64,000 nt of DNA from Dehalococcoidia bacterium (GTDB taxonomy: Bacteria; Chloroflexota; Dehalococcoidia; Lucifugimonadales; UBA3495), in NCBI GenBank assembly GCA_965215425.1, contig OZ244064.1:2791634-2855633 (forward strand), read 5' to 3'. Under the pieces are notes generated by a model. It was not told the DNA's origin. It ran no database searches and saw only the letters and a program-made list of their open reading frames with translations. A program made the position numbers and the translations under genes. Position 1 is the first letter of the stretch. Every line of letters begins with the position of its first letter. Positions 37,209-45,842 of this stretch are shown here, piece after piece.

Positions 37209-37586
37209 ATGGCCCGGAACATCCGCATAACCGCCGGCCCGGTGCAACTGGAGGCGACACTGAACGATACCCAGACGGCCCAGGCAGTAGGGGCTGCATT
37301 ACCCCTATCGGCTTCCGCCAGCGCCTGGGGTGATGAAATCTACTTTGGCATCCCGGTGAATGCCGAGTTGGAACAGGGACAGGAGACGGTCGAACTGGGC
37401 GACTTGGGCTACTGGCCGCCGGGCCGGGCTTTCTGCATCTTTTTCGGGCCTACCCCGGCCAGCCGGGGCGAGGAAATACGCCCGGCCAGCGCCGTAACCG
37501 TCATCGGACGGGTAGCCGGAAACTCGGCCCTTTTCAAGCAAGTCCGGGCGGGGGCCCCGGTAACTATAGAAGCAATAGAGAGTTGA
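37209..37586 (+). CDS. Cyclophilin-like-fold protein
   Basis: AWGDEIYF..P.......GDLGYWPPGRAFCIFFG matches the small cyclophilin-like family (TM1367-type) as I recall it. Confidence 0.55.
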   Translation: MARNIRITAGPVQLEATLNDTQTAQAVGAALPLSASASAWGDEIYFGIPVNAELEQGQETVELGDLGYWPPGRAFCIFFGPTPASRGEEIRPASAVTVIGRVAGNSALFKQVRAGAPVTIEAIES

Positions 37587-39958
37587 TTATGTTGGGAGCC
37601 TCTGGCGCCGAAAGCGCCGGGAGCGGGGCCCTGCAGGGCCTCCGCGTTTTGGACTGCGGCCATTACATCGCCGGCCCCTTGCTGGGTATGCTGCTGGCCG
37701 ACCAGGGAGCGGCAGTGGTCAAGCTGGAACGCCCCGGGGGCGACCCGGCCCGCCGGGAACCGGCCTTTGCCACCTGGAACCGGGGCAAGCGTTCCGTGGT
37801 TCTGGACCTGAAAACCGAAGCCGGAAAGGAAGCAGCCCGGCAACTGGCCCGAGAATCCGACGTGCTTATCGAGAACTTTCGCCCCGGCGTGGCCGACCGC
37901 CTGGGCATCGGTTACGCCGAACTGTCCGCCCTCAACCCCCGGCTCATCTATTGTTCCCTCCCCGGCTTTGGCGAGCGGAGTCCGCACCGGAATCGCCAGG
38001 GTTGGGAAGCCATTATTGGAGCGGCCACCGGCCTGTACCCCGGTGTCGAGGATTCGGCGGAACCACTTTTTACACCCTTGCCCATTGCCAGCGCCTTTGC
38101 CGCCATTGTCGGCGCGGTAGCCGTTACTATGGCCCTGTGCGCCCGCGACCAGAACGGAGCCGGCCAGCGCATTGATGTCCCCCTTTACGACGCTATGTTT
38201 ACCGCCATGGGCCGCCACCTAGTCAAGTTTCACGACAGCGACCTGCCGGATACCCGCACTCAACCCCGCCTGCCAATGCAGCGTCAGTACCGGTGCGCCG
38301 ATGGCCGGTGGGTACAAAACCACGGCAACTATGCGCGATTCGTCCACCAGTTTCTGGCCGCGGCCGGCCACCCTGACTGGGGGCCGGAGGCCGTCGCCGA
38401 CTTTGGCAAGCCCCTGGACGTGGAAACTGCCGCTATGTGGCGGCAACGCTTTGAAGAAACTTTTGCAGAGCGCACCGCCCTGGAATGGGAGGAAGCAATC
38501 AGCGCCGCCGGCGGCGCTTGTACCATCTGCAAGACCGTCGATGAATGGCTGAATCACCCCCACCCCCTGGAAGCCAGGATGGTGGTGGAGGTGGAGGATG
38601 CCCAACTGGGGCGGATGAAGCAGCCGGGCGTCCAGGTACGACTGCGGGGCACGCCCGGCGCCATCCAGGGCCGCGCTCCCCTGCTGGGCGAGCATACCGG
38701 GGAAATCCTGGCCCGGCGAAAAACCGGCCAAATCAATCCGACCGCCGACCCGGCCGTGCCGGCCGCCGATACCGACCCGGTGTGGCGCGCCCTCCAGGGT
38801 GTGCGGGTGCTGGATCTGTGCATCGTCTTGGCCGGCCCCACCTGCGGCCGCACCCTGGCCGAGTATGGCGCCGACGTTATAAAGATTGACGACCCGTCCC
38901 GGCCCTACGACCCGGCTGGCTCTCTTGACGTGAACCGGGGCAAGCGCAGCATCTGGTTAGACTTGAAAACCGACGCCGGCCAAGCCGTTTTCCTGAAGCT
39001 CCTGGATACTGCCGACGTGGTGGTGGAGAATTACCGCAAGGGCAGCCTGGCCAAGCTGGGACTGGATTATGCCCGCCTGCGGCAGCGCAAGCCGGACATC
39101 GTTTACGCTTCCCTGAACGCCTACGGCTACGATGGCCCCTGGAGCGAGCGGCCCGGTTGGGAACAATTGGCCCAGGCTACCAGCGGTATGCAAGTGCGGC
39201 GCGGCGGCCGGGACGCGGCGCCACTGCTGATGCCCTACCCGGTCAATGACTACGGCACCGGAATGATGGGCGCCTTTGCGGTGGCCCTGGCCCTGCACCA
39301 CCGCAACCGTACCGGTCAAGGCCAGTCGGTGGACAGCGGTCTGTCCTTGACCGCTGGGCTGCTCCAATCGCCCTTCTTCCTGGACTTTCCCGGATTTCAA
39401 CGAAATGAACCGGAGGGAAGACAGTTGCGCGGTCGCTCCGCTCTCTCCCGGCTTTACCAGGCCAGCGACGGCTGGTTTTACCTGCACTGCCCGGACGAAG
39501 ACGCCCGGCGCCGCCTGTTCCGGTTGGTTGGCCTCCAGGATGGTTTTGACCCGGCGGGAACGGCTCCGGCCCAGATTCCAGCTCACGTTCCGGCTCAGGA
39601 CGGCTCCCTGGCGGAGGAACTGGCCGGCCGTTTCTACCAAAGGCCCCGGGCCTACTGGCTGGAGCAGCTGCGCGGAGCCGGGATCAGCGCCATGGAAAAC
39701 GCGAGTATCGACGACTTTCGCAACGAACCCCAGGTCAGAGAGGCGGGGCTTATCGTAACCCGCGACCACCCCGGCCGGGGGCGGGCCGACCACTTGGGCA
39801 ACACGGCCCGGCTGTCCCAAACCCCGATGCGCCTGGGCCGCCCCGCGCCGGTCCTGGGAGCCGATGCCAGCGAAATACTCGGTGAAGCGGGCTATTCGTC
39901 CGCGGAGATGACGGCGCTGCTGGCCGACGGCGTGGTGCAAACGCCGGATGGCGGGTAA
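37583..39958 (+). CDS. Tandem fusion of two family-III (CaiB/BaiF) CoA-transferase domains
   Basis: Two N-terminal signatures about 395 aa apart: LQGLRVLDCGHYIAGPLLGMLLADQGAAVVKLERP and LQGVRVLDLCIVLAGPTCGRTLAEYGADVIKIDDP. Each is followed by NRGKRS and ENFRPG/ENYRKG. Confidence 0.8.
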   Translation: MIMLGASGAESAGSGALQGLRVLDCGHYIAGPLLGMLLADQGAAVVKLERPGGDPARREPAFATWNRGKRSVVLDLKTEAGKEAARQLARESDVLIENFRPGVADRLGIGYAELSALNPRLIYCSLPGFGERSPHRNRQGWEAIIGAATGLYPGVEDSAEPLFTPLPIASAFAAIVGAVAVTMALCARDQNGAGQRIDVPLYDAMFTAMGRHLVKFHDSDLPDTRTQPRLPMQRQYRCADGRWVQNHGNYARFVHQFLAAAGHPDWGPEAVADFGKPLDVETAAMWRQRFEETFAERTALEWEEAISAAGGACTICKTVDEWLNHPHPLEARMVVEVEDAQLGRMKQPGVQVRLRGTPGAIQGRAPLLGEHTGEILARRKTGQINPTADPAVPAADTDPVWRALQGVRVLDLCIVLAGPTCGRTLAEYGADVIKIDDPSRPYDPAGSLDVNRGKRSIWLDLKTDAGQAVFLKLLDTADVVVENYRKGSLAKLGLDYARLRQRKPDIVYASLNAYGYDGPWSERPGWEQLAQATSGMQVRRGGRDAAPLLMPYPVNDYGTGMMGAFAVALALHHRNRTGQGQSVDSGLSLTAGLLQSPFFLDFPGFQRNEPEGRQLRGRSALSRLYQASDGWFYLHCPDEDARRRLFRLVGLQDGFDPAGTAPAQIPAHVPAQDGSLAEELAGRFYQRPRAYWLEQLRGAGISAMENASIDDFRNEPQVREAGLIVTRDHPGRGRADHLGNTARLSQTPMRLGRPAPVLGADASEILGEAGYSSAEMTALLADGVVQTPDGG

Positions 39959-40225
39959 CAGGCAAGCGGCAACGGCCCGGCCCGCAGAAGTAGCCTGGAA
40001 CAGGCGATACGGATGCAAGCTACGAGATACCCGGCCGAGATACCCGGCAACGATTCCCGGATGCAAACCGGCCAGATACGTGATAAACTTGGGCCAAACC
40101 CAGCTTGATGGTTTTGTTTTCTGCGCCCCGACCGGGCAGTATGGTTTCAATGTCTAGGTTCAGGCTCCACCGGGTTTGGCGCCCCTCTGTGGTTGCCCGG
40201 GGCTTGTGCGGGAGGATAAAGAGCT

Positions 40226-42424
40226 TTGTTGCGCCTTTATAATAGCCTGAGTAAGCAAGTAGATGAAATTCGCACCATCGAACCGGGCCGGGTACGGATG
40301 TACACCTGCGGCCCTACGGTGTACCGCTACGCCCATATTGGCAACCTGCGCACCTACATGATGGCGGACTGGATCCGGCGCGCCCTGGAAATCGGCGGCA
40401 ACGAAGTTTATCACGTCAAGAACATTACCGACGTGGGTCATATGCGCCAGGAGTTGGTGGAGGCCGGCGGCGACAAGATGATCCTCGCCGCCCTCGCCGA
40501 AGGCAAGACAATCCAGGAGATTGCCCAGTTTTACGCCGATAGTTTCCACCAAGACGAGGCGCGGGTCAACATTCTCCCCGCCCACGTTTATCCCTGGGCG
40601 ACCCAGCACATCCCGGAAATGATTTCTCTGGTAGAACGCTTGATGGCTAACGGTTATGCCTATCTGGCCGGGGAAAACGTTTACTTCGACGTCCCCCAGT
40701 TTTCCAGGTATGGCAACCTTTCGCGAAATTTCGGCGGCAACCTGCTGGAAGGGGTAAGAGCAGATGCGGATCCCCTCAAACGCGATCCCCGGGACTTTAC
40801 CCTGTGGAAAGCCGCCGAGCCGGGCCGGGATGTGAAGTGGGACAGTCCCTGGGGTGAAGGTTTCCCCGGCTGGCATATTGAATGTTCGGCGATGGCGCAC
40901 AAGTATTTGGGCGAGCGTTTCGACCTCCACACCGGCGGCGTGGATAATATCTTCCCGCACCACGAGGATGAGATTGCCCAGAGCGAGGGCGCCTTTGGCG
41001 CTACCCACGTCAATTACTGGGTGCACGGTCAGCATCTGTTGGCCGACGGGGCCAAAATGGCCAAGTCCTCGGGCAACGTATTTTTGCTGGACGACCTGGT
41101 CTCCCGCGGCATTGACCCTCTTTCCTTCCGCTACCTGTGCATGACGGTTCGGTATCGACGCCGGATGAACTTCACCTTCAACTCCCTCAAGGCCAGCGAG
41201 AAAGCCCTTTCCAACTTGCGCAACCGGGTCTGGGAATGGAAAAACCTGCCGGAACTGCCGGAACTGCCCCCGGAAACCGAGGAGTGGCGGGAAAGGTTTT
41301 GGAAGGCCGTAGAGAATGACCTGGATTTACCCACCGGCCTGGCCCTTACCTGGGACATGGTCCGCTCCGGTCTGCCTCCCCAGGCGAAACTGTCCCTCCT
41401 GCTGGATTTCGACCGGCTGTTCGGGCTTGACCTGGACCGGGTGCCGGCCACCTATCCAGTACCGGAGCCGGTCGCAGCCGCCCTGGGCCGGCGCAGCGCC
41501 CTCCGGGAGGAGGTCAACTATTCTACCGCCGATACCCTGCGGGCCGAGTTGGCCTCCAGGGGCTATATAGTCCAGGACACGCCCCGGCTGACCCGCATCC
41601 GGCCCAAGACCCCCTTGGAGCAACTGGAAGGGCGCTGGCGCTGGGTGTCCTCGTCGCGGGAGGTGGACTCGGCCCTCGATTCCCCCGACCGCTATGACTT
41701 TACCTTCATCCTCAACGCTTACAACTACGCCGAAGACGTGCAACGGTGCGTAACTGCTATGCGGGCCTTTTCCCAAGGCTTTAGCGCTGAGATTATTGTA
41801 ATTGACAACGGCTCCACCGACGCCACCGCCGAATGGCTGGAGCAATATCAAGCCGTTAACACCGACTTTCGCGTGGTTCATTGCGACCATGTTATTGGCG
41901 ACGCGGCCGGCAAGAATATCGGCCTGAAGCTGAGCCGGGGCAAGTACATAGTCATCCTGGATGCCTCTACCGAGCTAACCGGAGATGTCCTGGGGCCAAT
42001 CGCCCGGCAGTTGTCCGATGAGTCCGTTGGTATCTTCGGCCCTTACGGCCTCACCACCGACGATATGCAACATTTTCACGAAGAGGTAGAAAAGGGCGAG
42101 GCGGACGCCATGCAGGCTTACTGCATGGCCTTCCGGCGGGAGGCGGTGCGTAAAGTGGGTCTGATGCACGAGGGGTTTCGCTTTTACCGGAACCTGGACA
42201 TTGACTATTGCTTCCAGTTCAAGGAAAGGGGCTACCGGGTGGTGGCCGACAACAGCCTTCCACTGGCACGCCACGAACATCGGCAATGGACTGAATTGGA
42301 GGACGGGCAGCGGGACGAATTGAGCCGCAAGAACTTTGGACGGTTCCTGCGTCGCTGGGGAAATCGGCCGGACCTGCTTATTTCCGCTAACGCCCGGGGC
42401 TTTCAAACCGGCTTCCGGCACTAA
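40226..42424 (+). CDS. cysS: Cysteinyl-tRNA-synthetase-family domain fused to a C-terminal family-2 glycosyltransferase domain
   Basis: CysRS motifs CGPTVY, HIGN, WHIECSAM, FPHHEDEIAQSE, KMAKS and a C-terminal ADTLRAELASRGY.VQD. From about residue 490 come FTFILNAYNYAEDV..IIVIDNGSTDAT...ILDAS (GT-A/GT2). TTG start with SD GGGAGGA. Confidence 0.85.
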   Translation: MLRLYNSLSKQVDEIRTIEPGRVRMYTCGPTVYRYAHIGNLRTYMMADWIRRALEIGGNEVYHVKNITDVGHMRQELVEAGGDKMILAALAEGKTIQEIAQFYADSFHQDEARVNILPAHVYPWATQHIPEMISLVERLMANGYAYLAGENVYFDVPQFSRYGNLSRNFGGNLLEGVRADADPLKRDPRDFTLWKAAEPGRDVKWDSPWGEGFPGWHIECSAMAHKYLGERFDLHTGGVDNIFPHHEDEIAQSEGAFGATHVNYWVHGQHLLADGAKMAKSSGNVFLLDDLVSRGIDPLSFRYLCMTVRYRRRMNFTFNSLKASEKALSNLRNRVWEWKNLPELPELPPETEEWRERFWKAVENDLDLPTGLALTWDMVRSGLPPQAKLSLLLDFDRLFGLDLDRVPATYPVPEPVAAALGRRSALREEVNYSTADTLRAELASRGYIVQDTPRLTRIRPKTPLEQLEGRWRWVSSSREVDSALDSPDRYDFTFILNAYNYAEDVQRCVTAMRAFSQGFSAEIIVIDNGSTDATAEWLEQYQAVNTDFRVVHCDHVIGDAAGKNIGLKLSRGKYIVILDASTELTGDVLGPIARQLSDESVGIFGPYGLTTDDMQHFHEEVEKGEADAMQAYCMAFRREAVRKVGLMHEGFRFYRNLDIDYCFQFKERGYRVVADNSLPLARHEHRQWTELEDGQRDELSRKNFGRFLRRWGNRPDLLISANARGFQTGFRH

Positions 42425-42677
42425 CCATCACTTACTGCTGCTATCGCTTACCGCGCGGGGTTCCGTTTGAAAACGGGGTTTAGCCCCGTTGAGGCCTTGC
42501 GCGTATGCGCCACACCACTAAACACTAAAAACGGAACCCACTTCGCTCCCCGTCGCCGCATCCCCTGAAGGCAACCCCGGTTTCCCCGGCTTTGAGGGAT
42601 ACCCGGCCGGCATCGCTTCCCCCTGAAGGCAGCCCCGCTGCTCCCCAACCTGACCGGCTTGACCGGATTGCCGGCCC

Positions 42678-42707
42678 CGCCGGGTCTTCCGGCGCTTTTC
42701 TATTTTT
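42678..42707 (+). terminator. Rho-independent terminator about 255 nt downstream of the cysS-GT2 stop
   Basis: CGCCGG-GTCTT-CCGGCG followed by CTTTTCTATTTTT. Confidence 0.5.
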
Positions 42708-42955
42708 CGCGGCCGAAGCGGTCCGTTTGAGCGCTACTTCTACGCATTAGGTAACCGGGAAATCGGTGGGGGAACCCTTGGTAACCTGTTTTGAGCGCAG
42801 TTCAATTTTGAACGAATTTCAGTTTGCGTTTTGCGAATCCGATTTTCAACAACTCGCCTACCTACCGCCAAGTAATCAACGAACACGGCAAAAATACTCC
42901 TGATACGCTCCAATTTCCACGTTTTCACCTCCAGGTTACCTATCTCCGGGTTACC

Positions 42956-42984
42956 TTGACGCTGAAAATGGGGGGTGCTAGAGT
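42956..42984 (+). promoter_or_regulatory. Putative promoter of meaB
   Basis: TTGACG (42956-42961), 17-nt spacer, TAGAGT (42979-42984). Confidence 0.45.
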
Positions 42985-43020
42985 CCCCTCATCCGAGGCC
43001 AATACCGGAGTCTCTGCCCA

Positions 43021-44010
43021 ATGATGGATGATGTGGCGCGGCTGTTGGGGGGCGACCAGCGAACCATTTCTCGAATGATGACCTTGCTGGAACAAAGAGA
43101 CCCGGTAGCGGCCTCGGTGATGCAGCAAATCGACCGCTATACCGGCCACGCTTATACCCTCGGCATCACGGGCCCGCCGGGCGTGGGCAAAAGCACCATC
43201 GTTGACCGCCTCACCGGACTCCTGCGGGCGCAGGGTTCCGGCGTGGGAATAATTGCGGTGGACCCCGACAGCCCCTTCAGCGGCGGCGCTCTCCTGGGAG
43301 ATCGGATCCGGATGCAGCGCCACTATCTGGATTCCGGGGTGTTCATTCGCAGCCTCTCCACCCGGGGACAGGGCGGCGGACTGCCTCGGATCGTCAAGAG
43401 CCTGGTACGCCTCCTGGATGCCGCCGGCAAGGACATCGTGCTGGTGGAGACGGTGGGGGTTGGGCAGACCGAGTTAGGAATTATGGGGGTAGCGGATACG
43501 GTGCTGGTGGCCCTGACGCCCGAATCCGGGGATACGATTCAGACCCTCAAAGCCGGCGTAATGGAAATCGCCGATATTTTCCTGGTCAACAAGGCCGACC
43601 GGGAGGGGGCCAACCGGATGGCGGTTGCAATCACCGCCATGCTGCAAACCGCGGCGGAACCCTTAGCCTGGGCGCCGCCGGTGCTGCTCACCCAGGCCGA
43701 CCGGGGCGAAGGAATCCCGGAACTGTGGGACAAAATCCAGGCGCACCGTCGTTTCCTGGATTCCCCAGCATTGGGAACTGGCTCCATATCTCAACTGGAG
43801 CAGCGCCGGGGCGAGCGCCGCCGCCAGGAGTTTCTGGAGGCGGTGCAGGAGGAGTTGAACCGGCGGCTCAACTCCCTTATCGCCCGGGACCCGGAGCTGG
43901 CGCAGATCCTGGAAAGCATCGCCGCCAGAGAAAGGGAGCCTTTTTCGGCGGCAGTGGAGTTCCTGGACAACTCCCCACTGTTGAGCGCCGGCCCGGTGGG
44001 CAATGGCTGA
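43021..44010 (+). CDS. meaB: MeaB/ArgK-type G3E GTPase (methylmalonyl-CoA-mutase-associated chaperone family)
   Basis: Motifs GPPGVGKST, VDPDSPFSGGALLGDRIRM, ETVGVGQ, NKADR. Confidence 0.85.
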   Translation: MMDDVARLLGGDQRTISRMMTLLEQRDPVAASVMQQIDRYTGHAYTLGITGPPGVGKSTIVDRLTGLLRAQGSGVGIIAVDPDSPFSGGALLGDRIRMQRHYLDSGVFIRSLSTRGQGGGLPRIVKSLVRLLDAAGKDIVLVETVGVGQTELGIMGVADTVLVALTPESGDTIQTLKAGVMEIADIFLVNKADREGANRMAVAITAMLQTAAEPLAWAPPVLLTQADRGEGIPELWDKIQAHRRFLDSPALGTGSISQLEQRRGERRRQEFLEAVQEELNRRLNSLIARDPELAQILESIAAREREPFSAAVEFLDNSPLLSAGPVGNG

Positions 44011-44052
44011 GGCAATCTCCCCGCATCCCGGTTTTTCTCAAAAGGACTTGAT

Positions 44053-44706
44053 ATGTCGTATCTAGGCATTGACTTGCGGACGTCCGGCAAGCATTCCAGC
44101 TCGGTGTCGATCATTGATGACTGTTCGCGGGTGGATTTTATCGGTTCCTTCTTCGAGGATCCCGAACTCTTCCAAATCATCGAGAAATGCCGGCCAACGC
44201 TTATCGCTATAGGAACCCCCCTGAGCTTGCCCGAAGGTCTTTGCTGCCTGGATCCGGCTTGCAGGTGTAAACCGGCCACCTCGCAGCGGAAGGGCCGCCA
44301 ATCAGAGTTGGAATTAGCCCGGATGGGTATCAGTTGCTTCTTCACCAACAAGGGGTCGATTATTCGCCGCCTGATCGACCGGGCTATGCGCCTGAACCTG
44401 AACCTGGTGGATTTGGGGTACAATACGATTGAAGTTTATCCCCACGCCACCAAGGTAATTCTCTTTGGGGATAAGGTTCCGCCCAAAAACAGCCCCCAAA
44501 GCCTGGCCTTCATGAAAGAGCAACTGCCCGGTCTGGTTACCGGCCTTGATGCTTACCTGGATACCCTGGACCGCAACGCCTGCGATTCCCTCATCAATGC
44601 CCACACCGCCCTGCTCCATTCCCACGATGCCACCGATCTGGTAGGCACACCCCAGGAAGGCTACATGGCCCTTCCCAAGCTAATCCGGCTGGATGGAGGC
44701 CCGTAA
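44053..44706 (+). CDS. DUF429-family (RNase-H-fold, predicted nuclease) protein
   Basis: N-terminus YLGIDL......S.V..ID and the overall pattern resemble DUF429. GC looks lower than in neighbouring genes (by eye). Confidence 0.5.
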   Translation: MSYLGIDLRTSGKHSSSVSIIDDCSRVDFIGSFFEDPELFQIIEKCRPTLIAIGTPLSLPEGLCCLDPACRCKPATSQRKGRQSELELARMGISCFFTNKGSIIRRLIDRAMRLNLNLVDLGYNTIEVYPHATKVILFGDKVPPKNSPQSLAFMKEQLPGLVTGLDAYLDTLDRNACDSLINAHTALLHSHDATDLVGTPQEGYMALPKLIRLDGGP

Positions 44707-44774
44707 GCCCGTAAGTCGGTATCTCTGCCGTTCCACTCCCCCGATTGGTTCAACCCCAATCAACCCCAAAGCTG

Positions 44775-44807
44775 CCCCCTTGTTTTTCAGGCGCAAAAAC
44801 AAGGGGG
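44775..44807. terminator. 13-bp perfect hairpin between convergent genes
   Basis: CCCCCTTGTTTTT-CAGGCGC-AAAAACAAGGGGG, between the DUF429 and SPFH gene ends. Confidence 0.5.
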
Positions 44808-44954
44808 CATTTACTGGCACGCTTACCGGCCGGTGAGAACAACCCGAACCATTTCCGACTGTCATGCCGACTAAACCGGAGGAGGGGGGTGGGGCGCCCC
44901 AGTTCGGCTCTTTATTCCCGCGTCAGCAATCCGGTTTGAAGCGGCAGCACCGGG

Positions 44955-45842
44955 TTAGTTCCGGTTGGCGTCATTATTCCCGCTGTTGCTCGGCTGATTC
45001 CCTCCTCCCATACCGAGGAAAGGCGACAGCATCGAGGTAAACTCCATCGGAAAGATGAACTTGGTTGAGGGGCTGGAGCCGAGGGACTTGAGAGTGTCAA
45101 AATACTGGAGGCTCATAGTCTTGGCATCCACGGTGTTGGCTACGCTGTAAATCTGCTCCAGGGCGGTGCTGAACCCCTGGGCGCGCAGGACGGTGGCCTG
45201 CTGGTCGCCCTCGGCTTGCAGAATCTCGGATTGCCGCTTGCCTTCCGCCTGGAGGATGGCCGCCTGCTTTTCCCCTTCGGCCCGGTTAATCTGGGCCTGG
45301 CGCTGTCCCTCGGACTCGGTAACCTCGGCGGTCTTGATGGCGGCGGCGGACTTTTCCCGCTCCATCGCCTGTTTCACCCCCGGCGGTGGGTCAATCTCGT
45401 TAATTGCCACGTTGCGCACCTTGACCCCCCAGCGTCCGGTATTCTCGTCCAGGGCAAGCTGCAACTGCCCCTGGATCCGTTCCCGTTCCGCCAGCGCCTC
45501 GGCCAGGGTGATATTGCCGATGATGGAGCGCAGTTCGGCCACGGCCAAGTTGATCACCGCCACCTCAAAGTTCTGGATGTCCAGCACCGCTTTCCGCGCG
45601 TTGTCCCCGTCGGGCAGCACCTGGTAATAGATGACAAAGTCTAGATCCACTACCACGTTGTCGGTGGTGATGTATTTCTGGGTCGGCACCCGCTGGGTTC
45701 GCTCCCAGACACCCACTTTGGTGCCGTTGTAGATGACCGGTATCAGGAAACGCAACCCCGGTCCTACCACCCGGGCGAAGCGGCCAAAACGCTGTACCAC
45801 CATCCGTTCCTGCTGTTGAACAATGACTATACCCGAAGCCAT
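44955..45842 (-). CDS. SPFH/band-7 (stomatin-like) protein
   Basis: PHB-domain sequence (VVQRFGRF....GPGL.F.IP) and a C-terminal coiled-coil rich in AEG..QA.IL.AEG. Start set at the ATG preceded by GGAGGTG. Confidence 0.85.
   Translation of the reverse strand: MASGIVIVQQQERMVVQRFGRFARVVGPGLRFLIPVIYNGTKVGVWERTQRVPTQKYITTDNVVVDLDFVIYYQVLPDGDNARKAVLDIQNFEVAVINLAVAELRSIIGNITLAEALAERERIQGQLQLALDENTGRWGVKVRNVAINEIDPPPGVKQAMEREKSAAAIKTAEVTESEGQRQAQINRAEGEKQAAILQAEGKRQSEILQAEGDQQATVLRAQGFSTALEQIYSVANTVDAKTMSLQYFDTLKSLGSSPSTKFIFPMEFTSMLSPFLGMGGGNQPSNSGNNDANRN

Noticed and set aside
42458-42540. CRISPR-repeat-like hairpin string GTTCCGTTTGAAAACGGGGTTTAGCCCCGTTGAGG.
   Set aside because: It occurs once only, apart from a partial GGTCCGTTTGAGCGC at 42720. 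There is no regular repeat-spacer periodicity and no cas genes in the window. It is reported instead as an unassigned structured element.
42740-43024. Small ORFs in the AT-rich patch: 42740-42928(-) of 62 aa and 42824-43024(+) of 66 aa.
   Set aside because: The minus-strand ORF starts at a GTG immediately abutting GGAG with no usable spacing. The plus-strand ORF overlaps the predicted meaB promoter and start. Neither has recognisable motifs.
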